Below, piece by piece: positions 50,294 to 62,899 of a DNA stretch of 64,000 bases. The notes under the pieces were generated by a model. That model did not search any database. It was not told the DNA's origin and saw nothing but the letters and a program-made list of their open reading frames with translations. The DNA is taken from the NCBI GenBank assembly GCA_010909165.1, contig VJWM01000134.1, forward strand, positions 372,001-436,000, written 5' to 3'. Source of the stretch: Anthoceros angustus (taxonomy: Eukaryota > Plantae > Anthocerotophyta). How positions within the stretch are numbered: position 1 is the stretch's first letter; every line of letters starts with the position of its first letter. The translations under genes were made by a program, and so were the position numbers.

Positions 50294-50777
50294 GAGCTTT
50301 AACAATCGGGACCATTGGTTCTTTCCTTCACCACAGAGCAAGCGCCTTTAATAAGAACATACGCTTCCCTCAGAATTTCTTTGTGGCCAGCCCATAAGCC
50401 AGAAGCAGAGTAAACGAAAAGGCCACATTTATGTTGATATCAGACCTCTCAATCTAATGTACTGGAAGAGAACAACAATAAAGTAGGTGAAGAAATTTCT
50501 CAGCTGGCACACTGGTGTCACATAAAGATTGCTGCGAAAGCTGTATCTACAAATGCGAAACTTACACAGCTCTACAACCTTGAAAACCTGGTCGTCGGGG
50601 ATGCCACATAGTTCCTGCCCAGCTTCCGAAAGTTCGGCAGCAATTCAATTAACACTCCTACAGAAATGGCCAGCACTCCTCTTCCAGAAGAAGCTAAAGA
50701 GATCAAGAGAGTGTACCTCTCGTAAAGGAACCTCAAGTCCAAGACTTGCTTCTTCTACTTTCCTACTACACTTCCTT

Positions 50778-53159
50778 CTAGTCAAGTTTTACGGACGAGA
50801 ACAGATAGTGAACGAAGTAGAAGGACGCTAAGAACCCTATGGTACCTGTTGCCAGCATGATTGCTAGTACCATCAATATGGAGTAGCCCACATACAGGAC
50901 AGCAGACACGGGACCGCTGAGGCTGTGCAGGTCAAACACCAGATAATTCAACGAATACAGGAACACGTACAGAGCTACTGAGCCGGATGCAAAGAAAGAC
51001 TTCCACCACCAGCGCCAATCCTCCACGCAGAGATGCATGTAAGTGAGCACCACTGACACCTCGGCACACACGATGACCAGGAGTACCAGAACCACAAACA
51101 GGAAACCAAACACATAGTACACCCGACCCAACCACATGCTTGACAGGATGAAGAACAGCTCAATGAAGAGTGTTCCAAAGGGTAGAGTTCCGGCGCCGAG
51201 AACCAGGAGCCAGGATGGATACTTCTGTGGTGGCACTTCGCGAGGAATCTGGTTAGTGCGCACAGGGAAGGAGACAGCCTCAGCTCTGGAACCAGCAAAT
51301 CCTCCCAGCAGTGTCAATGGAACAGAGATGCCGAACCAGAGAGCAAAGAGCAGGAAGAACAGGTACAGGGGGATGGCTCCTGTGCTGTTGTTCGCCCAGA
51401 GAAGGAAGTTCAACAGTGTAAGAATGGAGAAGGCTATTCCGGGGAAGAAACAAGCCACTCTCCAGGCAATAGGCCTCCAGCCCACCTCATTCCCAGCCTT
51501 CAGGGTCTTCCACAGACGCACTGCCACATATCCAGCCGCCACACCCAAAAACAGGTATAGGAACAACATTCCCGTGAGGAGCATGCCCCTAGAAGCTGGA
51601 GACATGAACCCAAAGGCTGCAAACAATATTGTCACTATAGCCATCCCAGTGATCTGTACTCCATCTCCCACCATGATGCAGAGAAGCTCAGGATGAGCTG
51701 GTGTCCTGAAAACATCCCCGACAACAAGCTTCCAGCCAGAAAGCTCTTCGTTCATCTGAGCCTGCGCCTCCTTGTCAAGCTCCTCATACTTGGTCAAGTC
51801 CCTCCGCACTGTCCTCAGGAATATCACAAACACAATACCAGCCAGAAACGATATGACCATGAGGGAGTTCAAGATGGAGAACCAGTGCACTCTAGCCCCT
51901 TCCATCTTCAAGTAAGCGTCCCAACGACTGGGCCAGCGGATCTCACTCGACTCAAATGTCACATCATATGAAAACACGATACGTGCACCAGCCTCCACCA
52001 CTTGATGGCTGGCGTCTGAGCAACTCACCGTAGGCAACTTCCCGTACTGCTCCACCTTTTCAGCCTCTGATGCATCCTGTGCAACACTGCATGGCGCTAC
52101 TTCAAACCCAACCACCATAGCACCTGTTTTGTTCGCTTCAGGAGCACTTACCGCATCAAACCCCTCCCCTGTGCTCATCATGCTACCAACACCTGAGTTC
52201 TCGTAGTTGTGGTACTTGATCTTGAACTTCAGATGGTTATAAATGTAATGAATCTTTTTCTTGTTGTCATCATACTGGTAAAACCCGACAGGGAAACCTG
52301 TCCACTGGAGGACTTCGTTGGACTCCTGCTGCTGGGTATACCGGATGACCGGCAGGTTATCCAGGATCAGATTGACCTACAGCCGCGAAGTACATGACAC
52401 CATCATCAGTTTAACCACAACGTCAAACAAGAGAAGCGGCTGCTAGGAAAGTCCTTGTTAAATCACAAACCAACATTTCCACCAACCAACACTAAAGGAC
52501 ACCTCAAATAACGCACAATAGCACCACATGCACAATACCTCCCTTCACATACCACACCTAATGCCTGCCAATACGAACTGAACAAAGATCCGTGGACAAA
52601 GATGACTAAGATGACAGCGCAAGCCCTTCCCCTTCCCCCTCCCAAACAGAACCTCGCTACCGCAGACACACCAAGGTTAAAAAGAAGCACATGCACGGCA
52701 GCAAGATAGACCTCCACATCACGCCAAAGCACACAAAAAGACGACTCTTTTCAACACCAGCCGAAGCACCTGATAATAATCATCGATCCGCTGCTTGAAG
52801 GCCTTGACATCATCCTCCCTGAGTTCTTGCGTCACGCAGAGCTTCACCCCGCTCTGGTCCACCTGCATCTTGAACTTATACGGGGAGTTCTCGATCTGGT
52901 CTCCCATGAGAAGCTCCCCGAGGTTCTCCGCCATTTTCTTCACCCCTTCCTGGGGCTTGCAGTACGGCAGGCTGTAGTAGCTATACGGCAGCTCCGTGTC
53001 GATGGAGGTGAGCGAATTCACCTTGGCCTGGAGCTCCCCGCCCTGGGGCCAGGTGTGGAGGTAGCTCCCGGGGAGATAAAAACCCTGAGCCACGGCCGCC
53101 AAGCACAAAAGGCACGCCGCGGCCAGAGGCAGGCCGCGGCTCCATCCCCGGGCGTCCAT
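50778..53159 (-). CDS. Transmembrane 9 superfamily (EMP70/TM9SF) protein, TMN11/12-like, 2 exons (53159-52770, 52376-50778)
   Basis: FYLPGSY, KVNSLTSIDTELPYSYYSLPYC, ENLGELLMGDQIENSPY, WFSILNSLMVISFL, GWKLVVGDVFR and C-terminal FSSVKLD. The exon junction is in frame. Confidence 0.95.
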
Positions 53160-53215
53160 CCGCCCCATCCGAATCCTCCCGGCCACTCCTCTCCCCCGCG
53201 CGGACGCCAACAGCA

Positions 53216-53775
53216 CGGATCTTGCGCACGGCTGAGCTCCGCCGCCTTCACATGGCGCGCACCCTCGCCTCCAGCATTGCCCTCGGTCTCCCGATCTGGC
53301 CGCGCCCAAACCCCGCCCCTGGTCTGCAAGATCCGCAATGTGCACAGGCGCGCGCAGCTGCGTGATGGCGCAAGCAGGCTGGTGCGGTGTGGCGCCGGAT
53401 CTGGACGCTGAGCAAAGCGCGCGGTGCAAAAGATCCGTCGCTTTGGGCGCCACCGACACACGTTCTACCTCACGCTCCGCCTGGCCTTCCCCGCGGATCT
53501 TGCGCACGGCTGAGCTCCGCCGCCTTCACATGGCGCGCACCCTCGCCTCCAGCATTGCCCTCGGTCTCCCGATCTGGCCGCGCCCAAACCCCCGCCCCTG
53601 GTCTGCAAGATCCGCAATGTGCACAGGCGCGCGCAGCTGCGTGATGGCGCAAGCAGGCAATTGCGGTGTGGCGCCGGATCTGGACGCTGAGCAAAGCGCG
53701 CGGTGCAAAAGATCCGTCGCTTTGGGCGCCACCGACACACGTTCTACCTCACGCTCCGCCTGGCCTTCCCCGCGG
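53216..53775. repeat. Two near-identical 278-bp GC-rich tandem repeats upstream of the TM9SF start
   Basis: cggatcttgcgcacggctgag... starts at 53216 and 53494. Confidence 0.85.
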
Positions 53776-54689
53776 CCTGCTCTTCTCCTCTCGTCTCCTC
53801 TCTCTGCCTCGCGTTTTCCTCGACTCCAGGCACGCTCCAACACTACCTACAAAAGCTGCGGGCTCGGTAAATGCGTTTCCAGCAAAGATTTCACCGGGAG
53901 ACGGGCTGTCGCCCGGCGAGCTCATCCCACGTTGGAAAGATGTACTTACCTCCGTAGCACGTCTCCTTTCAGACTGTCACAAGAACAGAAACACCTACCT
54001 CAGTTTTAATTCAGAACAACCACTCCTTCACCCGTCCAGACAACACCTAACCTATATGCGACTTTAGCTTTAACCGCGTAACTCGCAACCTAAGGGTTAC
54101 GGCTGTGTGATTCCCAATTTTCTATGCAAATTGTGCTGATGTGACACCATTCAACAACGAACAAGGAATTAAGAATTAAATGCAACTCTATGATGGGACA
54201 AGGTTTTCATCACCATGAGAACCTAATGAAAATTGCATGTTGAGAAAACTAGTGAATAGTTACAAGAAAAATGATATGCGACTTGAGTGGTTTGCCCTAC
54301 TTGATCCAACATTTACTTAATTTCTAAAACTCTGTAAACAAGTTCCTATATCACACAACCCAATTAAATAATATTCATTTTCAATAATTAAATTAATAAT
54401 TATTGAGTTAAAGGTAATAATTCACTTAAGATACATTTTCTTATAGAGAGCATTATATTGCCAACAATCCTTACACTTTACATACTTACTCAATACAGCA
54501 ATCAAGCAAAAAAAATTTAATTCACGACCCTAAAAGTTGTTGGACTCTTATACCCGCATAACCTTTGAATGTTATATAAATTTTTTATATATTATATTAT
54601 TTTTAATTATGATAGATAATAAGAACCACGATGTAGTTCAACTTCTCTTGGATATGTTATTAATCACAAAAAAAAAAATTTGTTAGCCA

Positions 54690-55330
54690 CAAGTCGAGCA
54701 ATAAGATAGTCGTTTGCAATCTCTGTTGTTGCATTTTTCATTGTCATTCAACTAGCAAAATTAACTAATTATTAAAGGTCATATAGGGGCAAGTTTTTTT
54801 TGGACTAGGTACTTGATCCAGACTATATTCGTCCTAGGAAAGCTCTGATCTCAATATGAGTTAACAATCTTATTCACATGATTACAAGTGTGTTGTGGAC
54901 CATTACCACCCAACTCGGGTTTCTTTATATTGGTGAATATTTTCACTTCTTTATCTATTACGTATGTAATTCACTACTACATTGTTCTCTTGTCCTAGTT
55001 AGAAGAACATTTTAAGTATGGAAATTGCAATGCTCAAATCCATGTGCATTATACGTGCTACCTCTAATGCAAGAGTCACTTGTAATAACATAATCTCGAT
55101 TTCGTGCAATGTATGAAATTTTCAATGTTAATATAAGAATCTCACCCTCCTCCTATTACAATAAATATGAACTCTTGACAAGGTGGATACCCTAGAGGAA
55201 ACCTTGAGTTGTTCAACGTTCACCATTCTTCCTTAGCCGTAAGAAGTTCAAAGCTAAATGGCTCTTCCCATATTGTAGGAAATGTTGCATAAAAAATTAT
55301 CGGAATAGTAAAATTTTAATTTAGATTCTT
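54690..55330 (-). pseudogene. Diverged, decayed haspin-like kinase (type C)
   Basis: Collinear DNA similarity to type A (ctagaggaaaccttgagttgttc, gagtcacttgtaataacata, ctagcaaaatta). Translates AHGFEHCNFHT*NVLL. Confidence 0.75.
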
Positions 55331-56674
55331 ATATTTCAATGTAGAAGTTAAGTCGTTTGGGTTAACTTAATCTTAAATATTTATGTTAATTGAGCATTGA
55401 TTGATGTATCAACTTTGTGCTATGATGTACGAGCTATTCTGCTATTAAACTGTGCCTTAGAATCAGCAAATAATTTTGGGTGAAACGTTAAAGCTTCTTT
55501 TCAGTCATCATAAGAGAAGTCTCCTTCTGCTGCTCTTTGATCTGTCTTCACGCATCCTCTTGTATTTGCAATACTCTAAAACTCTCTCTACAAGAACAGC
55601 TCACAAATTCCTCACAACCCGCTCTTGTATATACAACATGGTAATCCGGCTCCACAATCTAAGGCTAGATTGGAAGACTCTGGATAATTTGTAATGTCTA
55701 CACACATTTAATTCTTCAAGACAATCGATCGAGCCACGTGTGTGATAACCTCACTGGAGATACCTCCTGGAAGTGCATTTTATTTCATGTTCTTAATAGT
55801 TTGTATGCATGATGAAGACCTCAATCTTCATCTATAGATTCTAGAGAAAAACTAGTGTAATTATGTTTGTTGCTTGACGTATGGTATTAACGATATCCGA
55901 TGAGCTTGTTGTTTTTCTTTTTAATATATTGTATCAATAGCTCAATATTTGAAGTTAGTTTCAATGTAACATGAAATCCAAAATCTAAGAGAAAAAATTA
56001 AGAACTGAACGGCCAAGCAAGTAGAAACACTAGAGCAGTTTGTAGCCAGCTTGGAAACAACAAGAACGCAGCTCGAGGGGATGATAACTGCCCCTAATCC
56101 AAATTTGCCAACCAGCTAAACCAGCCGGCTGTCGCCGATGTGAGGACCGTGGTGAGCCATATGGTGCGCAGTTCCAGCAAGAACAAGTAAACAAAAGAAC
56201 TTAGTAGGTTGGTTCGTGCAAGAACAACCCTATTGCTCGTCGCGAAAAGCCAAGAGAATCACATCAAGGCACCTAAGTGCAAGGTCTTGTCTCCCAGATA
56301 AACATAATTCTATAAGCTGTACTCTACCGGATGAAAGTGTAAAAACTCATAGTTTATCTTTTCGTTGACCAAGATCAAAACAGTACATAGGTGGAATCCA
56401 CGAAGTTACGGCCTTAATTTCCAAGAGTGACGAAGAGAATATTTTTATACAATGGACGAAGGGTTGTCTAACTAGAGGGACCCTTCATATCATAGACATG
56501 GATTTAAGCAAAGTCTTAATTTCAAAACAGCTCGTGATATCAAAAGACATTCTACATTTGATCCTCCAAACTGCTCAAGACTCCAAGAACAGGTTACAAC
56601 ACCAAAATTTTAGAAAGGGCGAAAGTGAGGACCAGCAGCCTAACGGTGTGGTGGGCAATAGAAGGTAGATTAAG

Positions 56675-58560
56675 GCGTGTCGTGATGACATCAGTATCAG
56701 CCAGTCATGTGCCATATAATACCATCCAGGCTATGCACTTTAGTGACACATCGCAACACACCTTCCAAACCATGCTAAGTTAGCGCGTCGGTCACTCTCA
56801 TTCCGCAGTCTAAGTTTATAACAACAAAACAAAACAAGAATCCTGACATAATTGTCAGACCTCATTCCAGAGGTTCGAGCTAAATGCATTAGCATCCGCT
56901 CAGGTTGAGTGGAGAGTTCCCTAGTCCACAAAAAACGCGCATCATCAACGTGCAGAGTGTGGGCTCATGCTCACTCGATCATGCAACCTATTGTTCCAAC
57001 CGGATGAATTGCATAGAAAAGAATGACAATCGTGAGCCATTGCTTTCGGCCCGATGCTCGCGACCGCGCTTTCCGACTCTGAGACTCTCTGCGGACTACG
57101 GCTACCAACACGGGACCTCTTAAGCTCGTCCCGTCTCATCCGTCTCCATCTCGTGCCGCCTGATTCGCTCCGCTCCGCCATCACTTCGGTAACTGTTCGC
57201 ATCATCATTCATGCGGATTCTCAACCAAAAGCCTAAATCTCTGGCGCCCTATTCACATAGGCACCGCACACCATTGACCTAATCGTGTTTTACATTGCAT
57301 TTATACCCACATGCGAATTAACCTAGAACCGCTTATGTTAGCCCTACATATCGCGGCGATCGTGATGACATCGATGTCGGCCCGGTCATGTGCCATATAA
57401 TACCATCCGAGCTATGCACTTTAGTGACATACCTTCCAAACCATGCTAAGTCGGTAGCGTCGGTCACTCTCATTCCGATCTAAGTTTATAACAACAAAAC
57501 AAAACAAGAATCGACATAATTGTCGGACCTCATTCCCAGTGGGCGAAGGGCGTCAAGCCCAAAGCGCAACATCGGTAGCGGAGAACCAAACAACCAAGAA
57601 GACTCACATAACAGTGCCAAAGCGCTCCCAGTACCCTTACTCCGACAGCGGGGCAATACCAAACACCTTGGGCACCTCGAGTGGTGGAGACAAACAAAAT
57701 AGATGGAATCCACCATTGCATCCGTCACACAACAACATAAGCTCCGGATCGTCGTCTTTGGGACTTAGCATGGATAATCGGAAGGTGGCACCCAATCCGC
57801 TAACGATCGTGGGGTCCAGTTGGGAAGATGGCAAGGAGCACAATTCTTCATGTGCTCCTTGAGCGGCCGTCCGTCGGACCTCATTCGAGGTTCGAGCTAA
57901 ATGCATCGCATCCGCTCGAGTTGAGTGGAGAGTTCCCTAGTCCACAAAAAGCGCGCAACATCAATGTGCAGTGTGGACTCATGCTCACTCGATCATGCAA
58001 CCTATTGTTCCAACGGATGAATTGCATAGAAAAGAATGACAATCGTGAGCCATTGCTCGGCCCGATGCTCGCGACCGCGCTTTCCGACTCTGAGACTCTC
58101 TGTGGACTACGGCTACCAACACGGGACCTCTTAAGCTCGTCCCGTCTCATCCGTCTCCATCTCGTGCCGCCTGATTCGCTCCGCTCCGCCATCACTTCGG
58201 TAACTTTGTTCGCATCATCATTCATGCGCGGATTCTCAACCAAAAGCCTAAATCTCTGGCGCCCTATTCACATAGGCACCGGCACCATTGACCTAATCGT
58301 GTTTCCCACGCATTTATACCCACATGCGAATTAACCTAGAACCGCTTATGTTAGCCCTACATATCGCGGCAGCGGTATCGTGATGACATCGATGTCGACC
58401 CATGTGCCATATAATACCATCCGAGGCTATGCACTTTAGTGACACATCGCAACACACCTTCCAAACCATGCTAAGTCAGCGCGTCGGTCACTCTCATTCC
58501 GCAGTCTAAGTTTATAACAACAAAACAAAACAAGAATCCTGACATAATTGTCAGACCTCA
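56675..58560 (-). repeat. 3' LTR region with internal A-B-A repetition and a ~1.02-kb tandem duplication of PHD+LTR
   Basis: The ~185-bp block A (TGAGGTC...catcacga) occurs at 58560-58379, 57536-57360 and 56867-56680. The ~490-bp block B occurs twice. Confidence 0.65.
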
Positions 58561-58570
58561 TCTCCCCCCC
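58561..58570 (-). promoter_or_regulatory. Polypurine tract (GGGGGGGAGA) immediately 5' of LTR start TG
   Basis: Plus strand tctccccccc abuts ...gacctca. Confidence 0.75.
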
Positions 58571-58608
58571 AGCGTGGGCGAAGGACGTCAAAGCCCAAAG
58601 CTGCAACA

Positions 58609-59950
58609 TCAGCTGCCAAGCGGAGAAACAAACAACCAAGAAGACTCACATAACAGGCTGCCAAACTGCTCCCAGAGTACCCTTACTCCGACAACGAGGG
58701 CAATACCAAACACCTTGGGCACCTCAGCGAGTGGTGGAGACAAACAAAATAGATGGAATCCACCATTGCATCCGTCACACAACAACATAAGCTCCGGATC
58801 GTCGATGCGCTGGCAGACTTGGCATGGATAATCGGAAGGTGGCACCCAATCCGCTATAACGATCGTGGGGTCCAGATTGGGAAGATGACAAGGAGCACAA
58901 TTCTTCATGTGCTCCTTGAGCAGTCGTCCGTCAGACCCTTGCAACACCAACACACCGCTGTCCAGCACCTCTTTAACTCGCAATACATGTCTTTGAGTAG
59001 AAGGTTCCAGCGTATTGGCAGTCTGTCTCTGTAGATAAACATAGTCTCCCGTGTGAAACTTCTTCAATTTAGGCCGGAAGTGGCCACTGCGAGTGTAAGC
59101 ATAACGCAACGTGTCTCGATGCTGAGCAATCTGAAGGTTAGCCATAGCCATAGGCATGGCCTGCCGAAATAAAGCTGCCCGCTCACCAACCAGTCGGGCC
59201 CATGTGGCAGGATCATCCAGGGCCACTACCTGATGCATTTCCTTGGCAATGGAGACAGGAGGAACAGGATCCCGCCCAAAGAGCAAGAAATAGGGAGAAA
59301 AATGGGCCAAAGCAGCGTGCTTACTCATACGATACCCCATCGCCACATACGGCAATGCCAGGTCCCAATCAGCTTGAGGCATTGTCAACAACAGTTTACG
59401 TAAACCTTGCTTAATGGTCTGAACCAAACGCTCAGCTAACCCATCTGCTTGGGGATGATCTCGACTAGTTCGTCGATGATCAATGAAAGCATGATCCAAC
59501 AAATCCTGAAATTCTCCACGAAACTCCGTACCCTGATCTGTGAGACATTCAGCACAGCTGCCAAACCGACTAAGCACATGCTGTAAAAAGGCTTGGGCAG
59601 TGCTCCTCGAGCTCTTATCGGGCAAAGCAACAATCTCAGCCCACTTAGAAAAGTGTTCTACCATCACCATCACATAAACATTACCCCGTGCTGTCTTAGG
59701 CAACTCACCAATAAGATCGCAAGACCAGCGAAAGAAAAGACCCCTGATAGGTAATGGCTGGAGCTGCGATGGCTTGATATTAAAAGAAGCCTTTACCCTG
59801 TCGCACTGCTCGCATTGGGCTATCAGATCACGAACTTGACCATACATGCCACTCCAATGGAAATGAGGAGCCAACAAACTATCGTTCGTTTGGCCAAATG
59901 CCCCATGTCGGCATGAGCCTTGACACCAACGACTTCCGATCCGTGGCGGC
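58609..59950 (-). CDS. Integrase with C-terminal PHD finger (part of pol)
   Basis: ORF 58609-60102. DDE core, then [32 protein letters not shown] (C4HC of a PHD). The last Cys pair is frameshifted or eroded. Confidence 0.85.
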
Positions 59951-60289
59951 GGCTGGTCGAACGCCTGCCGGTCTGCGCGAGATAACCATCTCGCCAATTG
60001 TATCTGGCCGCCCGTTGTTGAATGCGTGTTTTCTGTAAGCTTGTACACCCTACCGGGTATGAACCAGTTTGCAAATAATGCATGGTTCCCGAATCTGTCC
60101 AAATGTCTCGCTCATGCCCAACAATCTGGCCAGTATAAACAGGCACAATGCTCAAGTCTCCCAAAGCAGCGGCGACAGGCCATCTAGCTGTCACCATCCC
60201 ATTCTCGTCAAAATCTTGTCGTGCCTCTGTATGGTCTTCGCTAGATTCCACAGGATGCCGTGATAACAAATCAGCATTCTGGTGACAAG

Positions 60290-61560
60290 CTCCCGGACGA
60301 TGAACAACCTCAAAATCATAATCTTGCAAGGTCATTGCCCACCGAGCCAACTTGCCACTCAATTGGGTGTTAGTCATCAACCACTTCAAAGGCTGATGGT
60401 CCGTCACCAGTGTAAATCTGCGCCCATACAAGTAAGGCCGAAAATGACATACAGCCCACACAGCCGCCAAACACTCCCCTTCATAACTAGGGTAATTACT
60501 CTCAGCTCTATTGCAACTGCGAGAAGCATACGCAATTACACGTTCATGACCTGCATCATCAATTTGGGCGAAACCACACAAACCAGTGACTCAATCCGTA
60601 TACTGTGAATGGTTTGTCAAAATCGGGTCTAGCCATGGCAGGCATCTCGGTCAACTGTCCTTCAACATAAGAAACGCTTGCTCACACGCTCGTCCAATCC
60701 CAAGCGACATTCTTGCGTAACAACTCATTGAGAGGCTTGGCAATGCGACTAAAATCCACGAATGTAAATGCGATAATAATTGCAGAGGCCCAGATATGCC
60801 CTTAACGTGGACACGCTAGTAGGCGCAGGTACCTCCAAGATAGCCTGAACCTTAGCAGCGTGAGGCATAATGCCGTTAGGCACAATCCTATGACCTAGAT
60901 ACTGAATCGTATCAACACCCAGCTCACACTTGGCGGGATGACACTTCAATGCTGCCTTGCGAAGCCGACAAAATAGGTCCTCCAAGTGAATCAAATGTGT
61001 GTCAAAGTCTCGACTGTGAACCAACACATCATCGATGTAACACAAGAGATGTGGTGCACCAACACCTTGTCCATGATTCTCGAAGCGTAAGAGCATTACG
61101 GAACCCAAAAGGCATGAACAGCCACTCCCAAAGTTGGTGTGAGCCGTGGAACGCGTCTTCTTGATGTTCTCATCCGCCATGGGCACCTGGTTAAATCCCT
61201 GACGCAGGTCCAACACAGAAAAGAACGAAGATTGTCCAATCTGATCAAATAACTCCTCCGGGGTAGGCATAGGATAACGATCCTGCGCTGTGACTACGTT
61301 TAGAGGCCGATAATCACCACACATGCGCTTTTCAGTCCACAATCCCTGACTATCCTTCTTGGGTGGAAGAACAGTTGCGCGGCAAAATCAGACGTGGATG
61401 GCCGAATCAACCCAGCTTCATGTAACTCCTTACAACGTGCGTCCACGATCTCCCACTCGGCAGGGCTAAGACGGTACCGGCGCCTGTAAACCGGCTCATT
61501 AGTGGTCAGCTGAACACGGAACTTCATCACATTACAAGTACCCAGCTCCTTCATAGAGAA
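60290..61560 (-). pseudogene. Reverse transcriptase / RNase H of the Gypsy element (frameshifted)
   Basis: ORFs 61300-61554, 60749-61342 and 59823-60581. Confidence 0.9.
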
Positions 61561-61879
61561 GGCAAAACAATCTCGGTACTTAGCAGGTCACTTAACGTTG
61601 CCTCGATCTTACATCAAGCGAGACCCCATATTCCAGGGAAACATATCAGGAGGCTCAAGCTGCTGCGGTGATGATAAACCGGTCTCCGAATCCAAAGAAT
61701 TGCTCGACCATACATGGCCGAATGATGGACACGAAAAGCTATTGACTCCCCCCCCAGCATCCAGAGTATAAGAGAGATGCTGGAATCCTGGAAAGGGCAA
61801 GTGAACAGCATCTGGATGACATGCTCCAGCACAGCGAGAAATAAACCCACAAAACGGAGCACGCGACAAGATTTGAAAC

Positions 61880-62440
61880 ACTAAACAAATGGTAACCAGC
61901 CAGGTAAGCGCATGTAAATCCATAGCACGCCCGAGAGCAGCAATCCGCTGACCAGAAGTGACGCCAACAGCGGCTGTAGCATGAGTATCAAACCCCATGA
62001 TACGTTCTCGTTCCTCCACAGTAGGCTCCTCCCATCGTTGAGTACGAGCATCCAACAACAGCCCATTACATTACGATCGCATAAGAACCGGAAAAGCGGC
62101 CGGTGTGGGTAGAGTGCGGCGGCATGCGGTGATTAGTTGGAAACCATGGAGACTTCTCCACAGCCTTCACAGGATGCGGACTATGATATGGTTCCAAAAC
62201 ATCTTGCAACCGGAGCTGATCATCACGGCTCTTTGAAGTGCCAATTGCAAAATTGTGCATGGAGCCCAATTGGTCCAATAGCGTGGCGGTGGGCAAAGCT
62301 ACCGACTGCGACATCCATGACAAAAGCGGAGATCCCACCACATGTTGGATCAGCGTGGCATCGACAAACAAGTGCGGCCGAGGATCTAAATGTGCGGAGT
62401 ATTCTCGAGCACATACACCATATGAGGGTGCACTGAAGCC
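61880..62440 (-). pseudogene. C-terminal part of a DNMT3-like C5 cytosine methyltransferase, directly upstream of RT
   Basis: EEPTVEERERIMGFDTHATAAVGVTSGQRIAALGRAMD resembles DNMT3 EMERVFGFPVHYT...RQRLLGRSW. GSFAHR (motif VIII) and VLENT (motif VI) also present. Confidence 0.8.
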
Positions 62441-62899
62441 AATGCAAAATCGGCGTGGATGGCGAATCAACCCGGCTTCATGTAACTCCTTACAACGTCG
62501 TCCACGATCTCCCACTCGGCGGGGCTAAGGCGGTACGGCGCTGTCGCCGGCTCATTAGTGGTCGGTGAACACGGAACTGCATCACATTACAAGTGCCCAA
62601 CTCCTTCATAGAAGGCAAAACAATCTCGGTACTTAGAGTCACTTAACTGCCTCGATCTTACATCAAGCGAGACCCCATATTCCGAAACATATCGAGGCTC
62701 AAGCTGCTGCGGTGATGATAAACGGTCTCCGAATCCAAAGAATTGCTCGACCACAAGCCGAATGATGGACACGAAAGCTATTGACTCCCCGGCATCCAGT
62801 ATAAGAGAGATCTTTGGAATCGGAAAGGGCAAGTGAGCGACATCTGGATGACATGCTCCACCTGAAATAAACCCACAAAAGCGGAGCACGCGACAAGAT

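Noticed and set aside
55640-55680. ALDCGAG peptide resembling a SAM-binding motif
   Set aside because: Isolated 7-residue match flanked by stops, with no further methyltransferase motifs.
56000-56670. Possible decayed gag / zinc knuckle (CRRC...)
   Set aside because: Too degenerate. The CCHC spacing is not completed and there is no continuous frame.
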